The notes beneath the pieces were generated by a model. The model was not told where the DNA came from and did not search any database. It saw only the letters and a program-made list of their open reading frames with translations. Position numbers and translations under genes: made by a program. DNA of 64,000 nt from Lama guanicoe (lineage: Eukaryota). Where the stretch lies: the NCBI GenBank assembly GCA_013239625.1, contig MU053994.1, positions 3,887,434 to 3,951,433 of the forward strand, in the 5' to 3' direction. Shown piece after piece: positions 25,535-39,511 of the stretch (position 1 is the stretch's first letter; the number at the start of each line of letters is the position of its first letter).

Positions 25535-25735
25535 TGCAGTTGCCAGATTTAGCAAATGAAGGTACAGGACACCCAATTATATTTGATTTCATATAAACAA
25601 TAAGTATTGTTTATGTGTATCTCATGAACTAACCATGGCATGAAGTATTTGGGACATACACGTACTGAAAAGTATTCACTGTTTACCTAAAATTCAAATT
25701 TAACCAGGAGTCCTGTATTTTATTTGGCAACCCTA
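25535..25735. mobile_element. MER53 palindromic MITE
   Basis: gttgccagatttagcaaat...caggacaccca ... tcctgtattttatttggcaacccta. Confidence 0.85.
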
Positions 25736-25769
25736 GCTACCCTTCTAGTGTAAATTATGTTACAGCTCT

Positions 25770-26480
25770 TGGAAAGTGATCTCTTCTGTGCAGACAATGA
25801 AACTTCTCAAGGACAAGTTCATGTCTTACTCATCTTTGTAGTTTTTTGTTCCTTAGCATCTTGCAAACTAGTTAGCAATAAGGAATACTTGTTGAATGTT
25901 TGAACAGAAGAACAGTTGGCATATAATAGGTACTCTGTAAGTGTTTGTTGAATGGAAAAGAACAAACCTGGTCTTGGCTTCTGGAAGATGGTTTTCTGGA
26001 CTGCCCTTTCAATGACATTTGGTGCCCTGCTTGTGATTAATTAACTGTTCCTGACCTTGCTACTTACCCAGCCTCCTGCTTCTACATCTTTGAGTGCATA
26101 AATTCTCATGCCCAGATATATACTTCCTTAATTCTACATACCTAGGCAAAGCAGACGTTTCACTCAGTTTCATGTGAAAGAACCTTCCAGTGGCTTCCCA
26201 ACCCACTCTGAATAAAATCCAAATGCCTTACAATGGCCTACAAGGCTATCCATGGTTTCCTACCTGCTGTCTCTCTGATCTTAGCTCCTGCTGCTCTCCC
26301 CATCCTCAGTTCTGCTCCAGCCACAGATTCTGACCTCAAGGCTTTGCATTTTCAGTTCTTTCTGCCTGAAACATTTTCCTCAAGATCTTTGCATGTCTTA
26401 CTTATCTCATTCAGGTCTTTGCTCAAATGCCGCTTCCTCAGGAAGACTTTTGCAGACCACCCCGATAGAGTTAGCTCTCT
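25770..26480 (+). mobile_element. L2 fragments
   Basis: L2 tail-like ttgttgaatg (twice) and ccttccagtggcttccc...aaatccaaa...ggcctacaaggc...caggtctttgctcaaatg. Confidence 0.65.
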
Positions 26481-27521
26481 TCTTCCCAGCACCTTGAAGA
26501 CTTTCCTGGACCTTCTAGTTGTGACCAGACACTGGAATTTCTGCTAAAGATGCCTTCTTGCCTGAGCTTGTCAGCTGAAACATCAAGGGGGCTCAGAGGC
26601 AAGGTCTCTCCCTCACTTCTGCATTTCAAATCCCCTGTGTGTGCATCTGATTAGTGGAGCCTTAATCACACCCTAAATCCTAGCTACAAGAAGGTCTGGG
26701 AAATGTAGTGTATAGCTTTCCAGTTGTCCACTTCAGCAAGATACAAAAGAGGGAGTGTAGAATAAATGTCATATCCACCATAACTATGTGGCCATTATAT
26801 ATAATGTTTCCAAGAATATTTATATGTGAAAAGGTTCTAAAACAGAAAGTAAACACACTATTTTTGTTTAAAAAATTAACATGGTGCCTATGTATATATA
26901 AAATGGAAGACTATATACCGAAATTAATGGTGTTTCTGAGTAGTGGTTGTAATATGTTGATGGAGTAAGTTCTTGAGAAGGATGGGGACAGAGATGGGAT
27001 TCAAACAAGTGATGGGATTAGGCTTGGGACAGGAGAAGGGCCATCTTCACCTAAGAGACTGGAGAGGATAAGATAAGAATAAGTGTTCAAAGACAAGTTG
27101 GAGATGGGGAAAGGAGCAGTGAGATGGTTCTTAATTGTTGGCCTCCATTTTTGCTGTGAAGTGAAGGCAAGGCCATTACTGAGAGTGAAAGAAGAAGTTG
27201 TGCGGTTGGAGACTTTGGATTAATGGTGAAGTTTCCAGAATACAGATATGGAGAGCAGCAAAGACAGCTTGTCAAGTTCAGACACAGTTGTTTCTGGTGG
27301 GGAATTGATGGCAGAGCTGATATAAGAGACTAACCTGTGCTGAGGTCATTCCTCCAATAGGACTCAGCAACCACAGAGGCTGTTTGTGGTTTGGGGTGTC
27401 ATAATCTTCAGCCTCCCTGACATTTCTTGAGTGAGGTACTGTTTCCCATGAATAATCATTGACTTTGACCACATCAGACATGTCTTGGCATTTAATAAAC
27501 AGTCGCTTTTTTAAATAGAGG

Positions 27522-27775
27522 GGCAGCTACACTGTAATCAATAAGAGTGTGGGTTCTCAAATACAACTGCCTGGATACAAATCCAGACTGCGTCACTTAC
27601 TAGAGTTGTGTAATTTCTCTATGCCTTAGTTTTCTCATTTGTATAGTGGAAGTAATAATAGTATTTATTTCAAAGAGTTGCTGTGAAATTTAAATGAAAT
27701 AATGCAAAGTGTTTGGAATAATGTCTGGCACATAGTAAGCCCTTAATCTTGTTTACTATTGCTATTATTATCATC
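27522..27775 (+). mobile_element. MIR SINE, near full length
   Basis: aaatccagactgcgtcacttactag...ccttagttttctcatttgta...tggcacatagtaagc. Confidence 0.85.
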
Positions 27776-28035
27776 TGTGTTAATATGGAAAAGAAAGAAC
27801 ATGAAAAAAGTGTGATTTCATTTTATTACCTATTTCCATATGCACACTAGACCTGATCTCAGGCCTGCTTATTATACCAACATGGGTCCTTTAATTAGTT
27901 AGCCATTCTGATTAAGAGATCATGGCTGGATATTGATTAGCAATTTTCAAAACAGCACTATACAATAAAATATACAGAAAGTGAATGTTTTCATTGTATG
28001 TCATCTACTCTGATGGATTAGGAGGGTTTAAGCAC

Positions 28036-28460
28036 CTGTCACAGATTGGGTTCCCCAAGAAGCAGATTATGAAATGGAAATTAACATGCAGGAAGTTTAT
28101 GGGGGAGAGCCCTTGGGGTTATCAGAAGTGCAAAGTTAAGGAAGCAGGAATGAATAGCCTCTATGAAGCCTATACCCATCTAATGAGGGAGCACTGAGCC
28201 TTGGATGGTCCCTCAGAGTTGTCTTGAGTTGGAGCAAGGGGGTCCAGGCTTTATATCTGTGCATTAACCAAACATTCGATGCAGACTACCCCTGAAAGGA
28301 ATCAAGACCTTGGGTGAGGTAGTTTACTTTAGCAGAGGCGATCCTCAAAAAGGGCTGACAGCTGAGGTGCACCTTGTAATAGCACTGTCAACAGCCAGGG
28401 CACTAGTCCTTCCTTCCTTCTGAAGGGGGATCTGTGTGCCACATCAGAGTGTCCACCACC
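28036..28460 (-). mobile_element. LTR33-like ERVL solo LTR
   Basis: tgtcacagattgggttccccaagaagcaga...tgcaggaagtttat...ctgaagggggatct. Confidence 0.7.
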
Positions 28461-28668
28461 TGATCCTTTGAGCACCGCTATTTTAATGTCAGTTACCTGA
28501 ATATGGTAGATGTACAGTTCTGTTAAAAGAGAAGCTTGACAAATTAAATATCCAATGAAAGAGATTTCACAGTGCTTCAGCCTCTCATGAAAACAGAATT
28601 CAAGTGGTCTATTTATTGCCGGTGGAGTGATGTCATCCTTGTACCGTGGAGGAGTTCTGAGAACATAA

Positions 28669-28671
28669 GTG

Positions 28672-28709
<38 letters not shown>
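28669..28709. repeat. (TG)n microsatellite
   Basis: Directly visible. Confidence 0.95.
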
Positions 28710-28710
<1 letters not shown>

Positions 28711-29685
28711 TCTAATATGATCCAGAGGCAATGTCCTCTTTTTCTCTCTTCCTGCAAACCATCTCCCCACTCTGCCAGTCTTGCTTTATCTGTCTCTTCT
28801 GTTCAGTGTTTTTAATACTACATTTCCTTGTAACAGAAGAGAATATAAGCCAGAGCTATGGGGGAATTGACCTTTTTGTGTTGTTTTCTACAGATGCTGA
28901 AGATTAGCTGAAACAGGCACTTTTGAGGGGGAGGATTACCCAAAGGACACAGTAGGTCCCAGGGGAGGGAGGTCTGTATTCTGGCAGAGATGATAGTCAT
29001 AGCAGCTGGTATCATGTGGCAATGGTGGCCTGGGGACAATGAAGTGAACACTGGCCATTAAACATCTGTTTGGGAATAATGAAGGCGTGGCCATCTTTGT
29101 AGCTGACTATGGTATTTCACTGTGCCCCAGTGTCTACTGGGGCTGTGGATTCAACATGGAGCTGGCGCTAGCTTACACCTTCCATCACCTTCATATTAAT
29201 GTGTTCTATCTGGGACTTAGAGATTTCAAGCTATTGAAAAGCATTTCTGTTGCCAGGATTGCTTGTCAGTAAGGGTCTGAGGAGGAAGGCAAGATGCCGT
29301 CATTGTTCCTACCACTGTTTCAGTTCTGATGGTAGTGCAGGTGATTACTCTTGCTAAACATTGACGATAGGTTGAACAAAGAAAACCTCAGAGACTGTAT
29401 CTGTAATGAATAGGAAATGGTGGTGGTAAATAGCAGCGTTCAAATCAAGGAGTCCAGCATTGTTTTCCCCTACCTTAACCCCACAAGTGATTTCTTATTT
29501 TCTTCTTTTGTACATAAGTATTGAGAATTGAGAACTGACTAGTAAAACACATCGTCTTTTAACAGAGGAAGAAAATGCTAGTTATAGTGGAGTGTAGGAG
29601 GCAGTGATGCAGGATGCAAAGTCAGCCAGACAACATTTATTGAGTGTCTACAGGTGGATACACAGGAAAGCAAGCAGGCTTGAGT

Positions 29686-30125
29686 CAGTAGCAGATGCTT
29701 TCCATGCCCTGCCTGGTACCTTGTCTTTACTACTTCAGCGCACACGGGTCCCACTTACGATTGCCAGCATGTGTATTTCATTGCCTGGGGTCTTTCTCTG
29801 GCTGTCAGAGCCCATTTGCCTGCGTGAAGGGCATCCCAGGAAGTGCTGGGAATTAATTTTCCCTAGGTGCAGCCCTCCATTATGACTGACAGGAGCAGAT
29901 GTATAAACAGCCCATCTCCATCCCTTTCTACACTGGCCCTTGGAAGTCCCCACTGGATTAAGCCCACTGTAGCTGGCTTGACAATGGAAACTTTTAGAGA
30001 CTGTCTTGTCTTTTCCCTGTCTCACTTCCCTGCTCCTCCATGGGTGTTTTCAAAGATCACTTCCCAAATAAACTACCTGTACTTTGATCCTTATCTCAAA
30101 GTCTCCTGGGGAACTCAAGCTAAGG
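29686..30125 (+). mobile_element. LTR16-like ERVL solo LTR
   Basis: gtgctgggaattaa...gcagccctc...gtataaac...cccaaataaactacctgtac; similar to the 16705 copy. Confidence 0.8.
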
Positions 30126-31603
30126 GCCAGTCTGCTGAGGGAGATGGACATATTGATAAGCATGAAGGAGTGTTACAAGGAAAAGTACAATTTGCTTCAA
30201 GCCACAATCTTTCTGCTTAATTTTCTATGTGACATTCCGGATCCTTTGTCATGAAGAAGAGAAATAGGTAAAGAAGGGCTTGTTTTGCTATATACAACAC
30301 AAGGAGGAAGTTTCACTGCTTTATTGAAAAAGGAGAAATACAATTCAAATCCAGCCAAGAGCATGATGCCTCAGTCCTCTGTGTTAAGAAAGTTAGGCAT
30401 AATTCCAGTGTGCACCGCAGAATCTGGTGAGGGGTAGGGTTAGAGGGCTCTGTGGGCAGCGAGGGGAGGGTAAACACGGGTCACATTTTTAAAGACCTTT
30501 GTGGTAGATTCAATAACCTTAAACACACATTTGATCACTTGATACGCAATTTGTTAGCCTTTCAAACCCAAAGCAAAAGGATCAAAAGTAATAGAACTGA
30601 GACGAAGAGAAAATCATTTTCCAGGCAGTTGCTGACCATTACAAAGTGCCTTCCTTATGTTGAGAGCGACCCACCACCAGCTTCCAAGTTATTTTTTACA
30701 GTGTTAACAGCTGCAATCCTAGGGGTATAGGTACATTTCCTAAAATCCCTTAAGCTTCCTTTCAAATACTGATTTTATTAGCATCAGTGATTGTCTCTGT
30801 TGAGTGGTCCAGCCATACTGTCTATCTTTAGTCAGAGCTCAGAAAATGTTACTGAAGCAACGCAGAGGCAAGCCATTTTGTTTGGGGCACACTGGCTTCA
30901 ATCACTGCTCCTCAATTAGCCTGCTATTTACCTAGTGTGCAAATGGCACCGCAGAGCAGAAGTGGGAAGTAGTATGTGAACTCCCCTTTCCCTCCCTCTT
31001 CTCCCTCCCTGATCTGATCCCTTTAGCACAGAGGACCTCTTTGCCTCAGGAGAAAAAAGGGGAGGAGATGCTAAGAGCATGGGGGCAAACTGCACTCAAA
31101 ATCTTGCTCCCAGGGGCATGGCTTCCAGGCACTTTAGCCACTGTGGAGTGGTGTTTCATTTTCTTCCCTCTTGGCTGGAGGAGAGTGTTGTCCCAGGGAT
31201 CTACCAGGCTGGGAGGGGGCCTCGAGGAAAAAGAGTGGGTTTGAGCTTCTAATCAAATGCTTTCCAAGGTGCAGGAAATTGAGTCTCTTCTCCCCACTGC
31301 ACTCACGTCCCCTGCTATCCAAATATGTGCCATGTGCACAGACATGCATGCAGTATCCAACACCAATAGTGCATCAGTGTGGCTCAGTTCATCATGTCCC
31401 CTTCGAGAAGAACCTTCCTTCTTCTGAGTGACAGTAGAAAGTTGTTATTGTTTTCCTGCAAGGAGAATAGTAGATATCTTGATATGACAGATTCTATGTA
31501 ATGGGGAAACCTGGCAAAAAGAGCTTGCTGATTTCACATAAAATGGTATGACTTCTGAAATTGTTATTTAAAGAGTACATCATTTTTTTTTAAATTAGGA
31601 CTC

Positions 31604-31855
31604 GGGGGCAGGGGGTGGGAAGGGACAGACTAGGACTTCAAAATGTAGAATAGATAAACAAGATTATATTGTATAGCACAGGGAAATATATACAAGATCT
31701 TGTGGTAGCTCACAGCGAAAAAAAAAGTGACAATGAATATATGTATGTTCATGTATAACTGAAAAAGTGTGCTCTACACTGGAATTTGACACAACATTGT
31801 AAAATGACTATAACTCAATAAAAAATGTTTAAAAAACATAAAAATCTTAATAAAA
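31604..31855 (+). mobile_element. Short 5'-truncated lineage-specific L1 3' end
   Basis: L1 3'UTR (gtatagcacaggg, acattgtaaaatgactata), A-rich tail; TSD aaattaggactc at 31592-31603 and 31856-31867. Confidence 0.9.
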
Positions 31856-32496
31856 AAATTAGGACTCCACCTGCTGTACAAGAAGGAGTGAAGGAAAGGT
31901 GCCACGAAGTGAAAGCCTGGTGAGGGAAATTAGAGATGACTAAGTATTCTTGAGAAGCCACATCTAACACTGGGCATAAAGACTGGCGTTGGAAAGGGGC
32001 CAGCCTGAGAGAAAGGAGCTGACTGTATTCCTTGCCAACTCCAGTGGGCAGAGCTAGCAGAGGGGAAGCTGAAAAAGGGCAGTTGAGGAAGAGAAAACTG
32101 AATAGAAGGAGACCATTAATTCAGAGTCTTTAAGAAGAATTTGTGTTCGAACACTGCAGCTGTTATTTAAGTTAAGGAAACCAAAGAGATGAGAAAGGAT
32201 AGAATCACAAGTCGTCTTCTAGAAGAGTTACCAATAAAGAACACAGACCTTTCTCTGTCACTTCATCATGAAGCTTTATTTGTTCCCTGCACAGTTCCAC
32301 GTGGTTCTTGCTCGTCTATGAAGGCATCCGATGAATTAGGCTACACTGATGTTACTGAATATTAGCCACTCATTGTGTTTCTCTGCACAGGTAGTGTATC
32401 TGTGTTTAAAGAGGGGTCCAAATTTGAAGAAGTAATTTCTCATGGAGTAATTTCTAACTCTCTTAGGTCAAAGCCAAATTTTGTCCCTCCAATCTT

Positions 32497-35266
32497 CTTT
32501 TCTTTTTTCTTCGTTTTTCAGTTTTATTTGGTATAATTGTTACAATATGACTGCACATGTACAATGTATTGCATGTAAATACATATACACAATATACTGC
32601 ACATATTTTTAAATTTACATATATGTACTGTTCATTGTTTCTAAGAACTTTTAGAGCTTTAGCTTTTTAAACTTACATAGTTATCGAAGGAAGAAAGCCA
32701 ACCACAAAAAAAGAATTAATTCAAAAAAATACATACACCCCACTATTAAAAGCAACATTCTTTATAATTGCCAAGATATGGAAGCATCCTAAGTGCACAT
32801 CAATAGATGAATGGATAATGAAGATGCAGCATATATATGTAATGGAATACAACTTACCCATAAGAAAGAAGGATATTTTGCCATTTGTGGCCTTTCATTC
32901 ACTTTTTTTTCTTCTTTTCACTTCAAAAACCAGAATTTTATAACTGGCATAAATATTTCCATTGCATCAAAAATAAGAAATACCTGGAAATAACTTAACC
33001 AAGGAGGTTACCTATACTCTGAAAACTGTAAAATATTGATGAAGGAAACTGAAGACGATAAAAAGAAATGGAAAGATGTCTTGTGCTCTTGGATTGGAAG
33101 AATCAACATGATCAAAATGGCTGTACTACCCAAAAGCAATCTATAGATCCAATGCAACCCTGTCAAAATACTCATGACATTTTTCACAGAATTAGAACAA
33201 TTCCAAAATTTGTATGGGACCATAAAAGACCCCAAACTGCCACAGCAACCTTTTGTAGGTCTTTTTTTTTTAATAGGTTTCCCCCCCTCTTTCTTCCTTT
33301 TGTTCTCTTTTCTTATGGTTTGATGACTAGAGAAGTTCCTTTAACATTTGTTGTAAAGCTGGTTTGGTAGTACTGAAATCTTTTAGCTTTTGTTTATCTG
33401 TGAAGCTTTTGATTTCTCCATCAAGTCTGAACGAGAGCCTTGCTGGATAGAGTATTCTTGGTTGTAAGTTTTCCCCTCTCACCACTTTAAATATATTGTG
33501 CCACTCCCTTCTGGCCTGTAAAGTTTCTGCTGAAAAATCTGCTGGTAATCTTATGGGAGTTCCCTTGTATATTATTTGTTGCTTTTCTCTTGCTAATTTT
33601 AATATTTTCTCCTTATCCTTATCTTTTTGTCAATTTGATGACTATGTGCCTCAGTGTGTTCCTCTTTGGGTTGATACTGTATGGAACTCTCTGCTCTTCC
33701 TGGACTTGGGTGACTATTTCCTTTCCCAAGTTGCAGAAGTTTTGGGTTATTATCTCTCCCAAAGTTTTCTCAGGTTCTTTCTTTCTCTCTTCTCTTTCTG
33801 GGACCCGTATAATGCGAATATTAGTGCTCTTCGTGTTGTCCCAGAGTTCTCTTAAACTATCCTCATTTCTTTTCATTCTTTTTTCTTTTTTTTGTTCTGA
33901 AGTAGTGATTTCCACTAATCTGTTCTTCTGCCTCATTTAGTCTGTTCTTGGTTCCTCCAGCATGTTATTCATTTCAGTGATTTTATTTTTCAACTCTGTT
34001 TGAGTGTTCTTTATATTTTCCAACTCTTTGCTAAAAACTTCGCTATGTGCATCTGTACTCCCCTTGAGTTCTCTGAACATCTTGGCCATCATTACTTTAA
34101 ACTCTTTCTCAGATGAACTGCCTATTCCTCATCACTTATTTCTTCCTCTGGGATTTTATCTTGTGCCTTGGCCTGGGAGATATCCTCTGCTGCTTCATTT
34201 TGTCTATCTTTCTATTTCTATTTTTAGGTAGGTTAGTTATGTTTCTTGACCTTGGAGAGGTGGCCCTCTGTGGGAGATGTCCTATGCATTCTGGCAGTGC
34301 ATTCCTCTCATGTCACCCAAGGGCCAGGGTCCAGCAGGTCCCAGTGTAGAGTCTGGCCTGTATTTGTGGATTCCTTACACAGGCTTTGAGATTGTTGTTT
34401 TCTTATTTCTGGTGTATGTCCCCTGGTGGATGAAGCTGGACTAGAGGCTTATGCAGGTTTCCTGGCAGAAGGAGCCAGTGCCTGCCCACTGCTGGGTGAA
34501 GCTTGGTCCTAGACCTCTGGTAGGTAGGGTCATATCTAGAGACCTTTGTGGCTCAGGAAGTCTGCTGATGGGTGGGGCTGTGTTCCCACCCAGTATGTTG
34601 TTTGGCTTGAGGCTTCCCTACAGGCTGTTGGGTGGGGCTGGGTCTTGGTGCTAATGATCCAATCAAGATGTCAGCCTCCAGGAAAGCTCACGTAGATCAA
34701 CACTCCCTCCACCAGCTTTTAAATCCCCTGGGTGAGCCGTAGCTGTCCCCTACCTCCCCAGAAGATCTTCCAAAACCAGCAGGCAGGTCTGGCCCAGGTT
34801 CCTATGAAATCACTGCCTCTGCCCTTTGAGCTAGTGCACACAAGATTCTGTGTATGCTTCTCAAGAGAATGAAATCTCTGTCTCCCCCAGTCCCATGGGG
34901 CTCCTGGAGCTAAGCCCCACTGGCCTTCAAAACCAGGTGTCCTGGGGTCTCTTCCTCCTCCCAGTGTTGGAACCCTGGGCTGGGGAGCCTGATGTGGGGT
35001 GTTACTCCTGTGGGAGGGCCTCTGAGACTTAATTATACTTCAGCTTGTGGATCGCCCACCCCAGGGATATGGGCCCAGTTATATCATGAGCATGCCCCTC
35101 CTACCATCCTGCTGTGGCTCCCACTTTATGTTTCCAGTTGATGAAGATCTTTTTTGCTAGGTTCCAGGCTTTTTTTCAGTGGTTGTTTAGCAGTCAGTGT
35201 GGTTTCGTTGCAGTCATGAGAAGAGACGAGCTTGGTTCTACTACTCTACCATCTTGACCGGAAATC
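32497..35266 (-). mobile_element. Rearranged L1 composite: 5'UTR and ORF1 (minus) plus inverted ORF2 pieces
   Basis: 5' terminus with YY1-type ccatcttg at 35249-35256; ORF1 remnant; plus-strand ORF2 pieces at ~32700-32890 and ~32961-33252. Confidence 0.85.
33619..33936 (-). pseudogene. L1 ORF1p fragment
   Basis: KRMKRNEDSLRELWDN..STNIRIIRVPEREE...INPKRNTLRHIVIKL is typical of L1 ORF1p. Confidence 0.9.
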
Positions 35267-35767
35267 TCTTGTCCTTCCTACCTTATCACACATCCATTCA
35301 TTGTGAGTGCAAAAAATCCTCTGTCAGATTTCTGTTGGACTGTTCATCACACTGCTTAAATGTGTGAAGTGTAAAATGTAAAATATTATTATAGAGGGGT
35401 GTAGAGAAATAACAAAGGCAAGTTACAAGACTGAATGCAGAGATATGTGAACTTACCAGCACCTTGACTCCAACTAGCCCATGCTTGGGTGAAGGCATCT
35501 TTGGAAGCTGCAGATTTTACGACTGTGTGAGGTCTGTGTTGAACATCAACAGAAGACTCGATCTGGAAAGGATTCAATTGGAGCTAGCCTCATGCTAGAA
35601 TTTTCCAGCATACAATGGATTGTCCTGGGGCCTCTCTATACCTGTGGCACCTTGTCAGATGACCACCTAACTCATAATTTATACTCTGGGGTACTAGGCA
35701 AGATATAAACCCCACCAAATTCCAGTCTATAATGAACAGATTTATTTCAATGAGCTTTAAGGTAAAC

Positions 35768-35966
35768 CAGCACTGTTCAATAGAACTTTCTGTGATGATG
35801 GAAATTTATCTGTGCTCTCCAATACATAAGTCACTAGCCACACATTATTGAGCACATGAGATGTGGATAGTTTGGGGAAGTGGATTTTAAATTTTATCTA
35901 ATTTTAATTAATTTAAATTTCAATAGCCACATGTGGCTAGTGGCTACTGTGTTATACACAGTGCAA
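35768..35966. mobile_element. MER3 hAT-Charlie MITE
   Basis: caatagaactttctgtgatgatggaaat...aatagccacatgtggctagtggctac. Confidence 0.85.
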
Positions 35967-38721
35967 AAGTAAAGCTTGGAAAATAGTAAAATGGAATAAT
36001 TAGCAACATTTATTTTTAGCATTAAAGAGAAGTCTGGTCTCCTGGAGTCACCCATTTAAATAGCTGTTTATCCTGGTGGCCACATACATCTGTGAGTTCT
36101 CATGACTAAGAGGTTGCTCAGTGTCTCCTTGGGGAGCATATCAATTTGGTGTCAAAGGTAGAGTCCCCTTGTCCTCTTTTTCAGCCTCTAGGTCAGACTA
36201 ACATGTAGAGCAGCTTTTACCTTCAAACAGTAGGCATCAACTCCCAAAGTTGGATCTGTTTTTTTAATAAGAACAAGAAGCTGGAGTCTTTCCAAAGAAT
36301 AAAAGCTTTCCTTGAAGACAAGACATTCTCTAGACACTGGCTGTGGAAACAAGTGGAGGCCTCTTAAGCAGAAGTAGCTGCGGTCCTTCCTTCAGCTCTC
36401 ACTAGGAATGACAGCATTAGTGGTTTGAATACATTAAAGGCCGGGTCACTCTTTACCCACTTCAGGCAGATAATATATATACATATTTTTAATTCCTTGC
36501 CCTTGGCCAACCAACAGAGGGAATTGGGAATGAAATCCCATGTGAGCCTCCTTGGAATTTAAAGCTCACTTGGCAGAGATGGGATTAGGCAAAATAAAGG
36601 AAAAGGCAAGAAAATGAATACAAACACAATTAGACTAGAGCAGCCCTTGAGTCAAGTCATGTGTAATTTCCAATACAAAAAGATTTAATTATGCTCTCAT
36701 GACCAAAATCACTTATTAAGTGCCCATTTGTATGTGATGCTGAACTGGGAAGATGTACAGAGAAAGTCAGAGTTGGTCTCAGCCCGCTGGACAGACAATA
36801 ATGAAACAGAAAGATATTCAGGATGGAAATTAAGTACATTAATGAATATTTACATTCAGTGCAAGTGTAGCCCCCACAGAACAGGCTTGAAACTCAAATG
36901 ATGAAAGAACAAAGCTCTGTACTGTTCTCACTTGTATGCAGAAGGTGGGGGTGGGGAGGAGGATGGAGGATGTTGTTTGGAGCTCTTATTCTCTTGGCAG
37001 TATGCATGAACGTGCTATTTGTCCTTTGGGAAAGGTGTATGGATGGCAGGGGGCCTGGTTCAGGACTTAATGCAGCCTAGAAGCTGTTCTCTTCCTGCCT
37101 CAAACCAGAGAGACACAGTAAGCCACTGCCTCTCCTGCAGCACGCACTAATAAAGGTCACAGACAGTGGGAAAAAGAATGGGGAGGGAGAGAAAGAGAAG
37201 AGAGAATGAAGGAGAGCTCGAGTGAGTCAGCAAGCAGTGAGCAGTGGACTCCATGTCCATGTACCAGCACGAGAGTCCCTCTAGACTGGGAATGGAGCAG
37301 GGATTTGCTCATCCAAGTCTGGGAACGTGAGAGAAGTAAACTAGGCTTAAAGCTAAGCACAAAGCTGATGGCCAAGAAACCAAGAGGAGGACTCCAAAGT
37401 TTTGCAAACCCAAAGGGACAAGAAGTGCAAAGTAGGTAGGAAGCTGACTCGTGAATCCAGAAACGAAGAATTTGGGAGAAAGAAAATAGGTTGAGAAAAA
37501 AGGAGGAGAAATTTGGGGCAATTGCTTAGGACAGTGACAGTTGTTTCAAGCTTGTCTTTAGGCTGGCCCTTGCTTTGGTGGTTTGGCTAAATTTGAAAAG
37601 TTAGATGGGTCAGTGAGGTAAGGACAACCAGTGACCTTGTAGATCATAAACTGGAAGTTCCAGCATTGCACTAATTTATGCAATAGCCAATTAGGAACCT
37701 AGGGCTTTAGGATAATCCATATCCAAAGCAAAATGCCATCCTTGAAAGATAAGGAAAAGTGTTCAGATTCTCTAAGTGTGCTGCTGGCTCTGACATGAAG
37801 AAGTGATCCTTCTACCATAGACTGGTGTAGGGCATGAAACACAGATGATGGATGACATAGGAAGAAAAGAAACATAAAAGGACATAGGAGCTTTCTCTTA
37901 AGTATGACTCCTTAAATGCTTTTCCTCACTGAATCCAGTTGGAATTTCTCAGTCCTTGCTTATCTCCTTGGTCAAATTTGATAGTGTGGATCAGTGGCAC
38001 CTTCTTGAAAGATTTTGGCTTTGGTGCCTGTGATGGAGCATTCTCCTGGTTTTCCAGCATTCTGCACTAGACCTGCTTCCCTTCTCAGTTGACATCAATT
38101 TCTTTTATGGAGTCCCCGTATGGTCTTCAGGCAATCCATGGTCTGAGCTCCTCTAAGTCCAAACCACCATTATCTCCTACTCACATATTCCACAGCAGGG
38201 CCCTTACTGATTTTTGTTTGTTTGTTTGTTTTGCTTTAAGAGTGTGGGATTCTCTTTTTCTCTTTGCATTTCTGCTTTGGCTCATGAGATTCTAGCTTCT
38301 GCTGATCATTCTCCCCTTCAGAGAAATGCTGGTTAACTCTAACACTGTTATTTTCACTGGGAAGTTTGGTAGAGGAGGCCCTGACATTCTCTCTGTTCCT
38401 CTATACCCCAACTTTAATGCTCCCCAAGGAATATTAAACTTATTGCGGGTGTGGGATAAAGGTCATTGTTCAGCACGATGCTCTCTTTTTCCTCACCCAG
38501 CCAATGCCCTCCATCTATCTTGCCTTTGAGGCATCACTTTTTCTTTTCCACTCTTGCGTCTGCATGGTAAGCTAACTAGAGAAAGGCTTCCACACCTTGA
38601 AATGCAGTTTGAATATTTCAAATCATTAAACTGGATAAACACATTTCAAAGGGAAGGAGTAGGAAGAACTATTGGAACTTGGGTCTCAGTTGCACTCAAT
38701 TCAGCCTTGCCAACAACAAAG

Positions 38722-38936
38722 CTGTGAGCCAAGGATTGCTGGCCACCACCAAGAAGCCAGGAGAGTGGCATGGGACCAGTGTCTTCCTCAGAACCTGCAG
38801 AAGGAGCCAACCCTGCTGACACCTTGATTTAGGGCTTCTGGCCTCCTGGATTATGAGAGAATAAATTTCTGTCATTTTCAGCCACGCAGTTAGTGGCTGA
38901 AGTCGTTTGGTATAGCAGCACTAGGAAACTAATACA
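38722..38936 (+). mobile_element. MLT1 LTR 3' half, followed by an antisense MIR fragment to ~39050
   Basis: ccctgctgacaccttgattt...gagaataaatttctg...ggaaactaataca. Confidence 0.8.
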
Positions 38937-39511
38937 GAGGTGTTAAGTGACTTGTCTAAGATCACACTGTTAGTAAAGATAACACCATTGAAACCATGGC
39001 TTGAAACAAGGTCTGTCTGATTCTGGAGCCAAAATATTTAACAAATATACCCTTCTTTTTCTCTATAGTGCAACATCAAAACATCCCCCTACTACCCAGA
39101 AATTGCCCCCTTTATGACTGAGGAAGCATTAAACATCTTCCTTGGCCCCAGAAGCCTGGGTTTTGTTGCTTGACCATTTCATGCCCACTCTCTGTGAGTT
39201 ACACTGGTTTTGCTGGTTAAAAATGTAGGTATAGGTAGAGATGTAGAGGTGGATACAGATATAGATAGATATAAATGAAATCAGTGTAAAGAAGGCTCTC
39301 TGTCCTGTTTACCTTTGTTTCCTGAGTACGTGGTATGGTCTCTGTAACTAACAAAGTTTCAATAATGTCTGTTAATTAATTAGAAAAGAATGAATGGATA
39401 TCTTCTCTTGAGGGCCTTATAATCTCATTTCAAAGATTAAGTAAATCTCTAATCCCAAGCCTGTGCATCTAGTTAAATAGAGTGAGGAGAGCTCAGAAAT
39501 TAATTTTTTAA

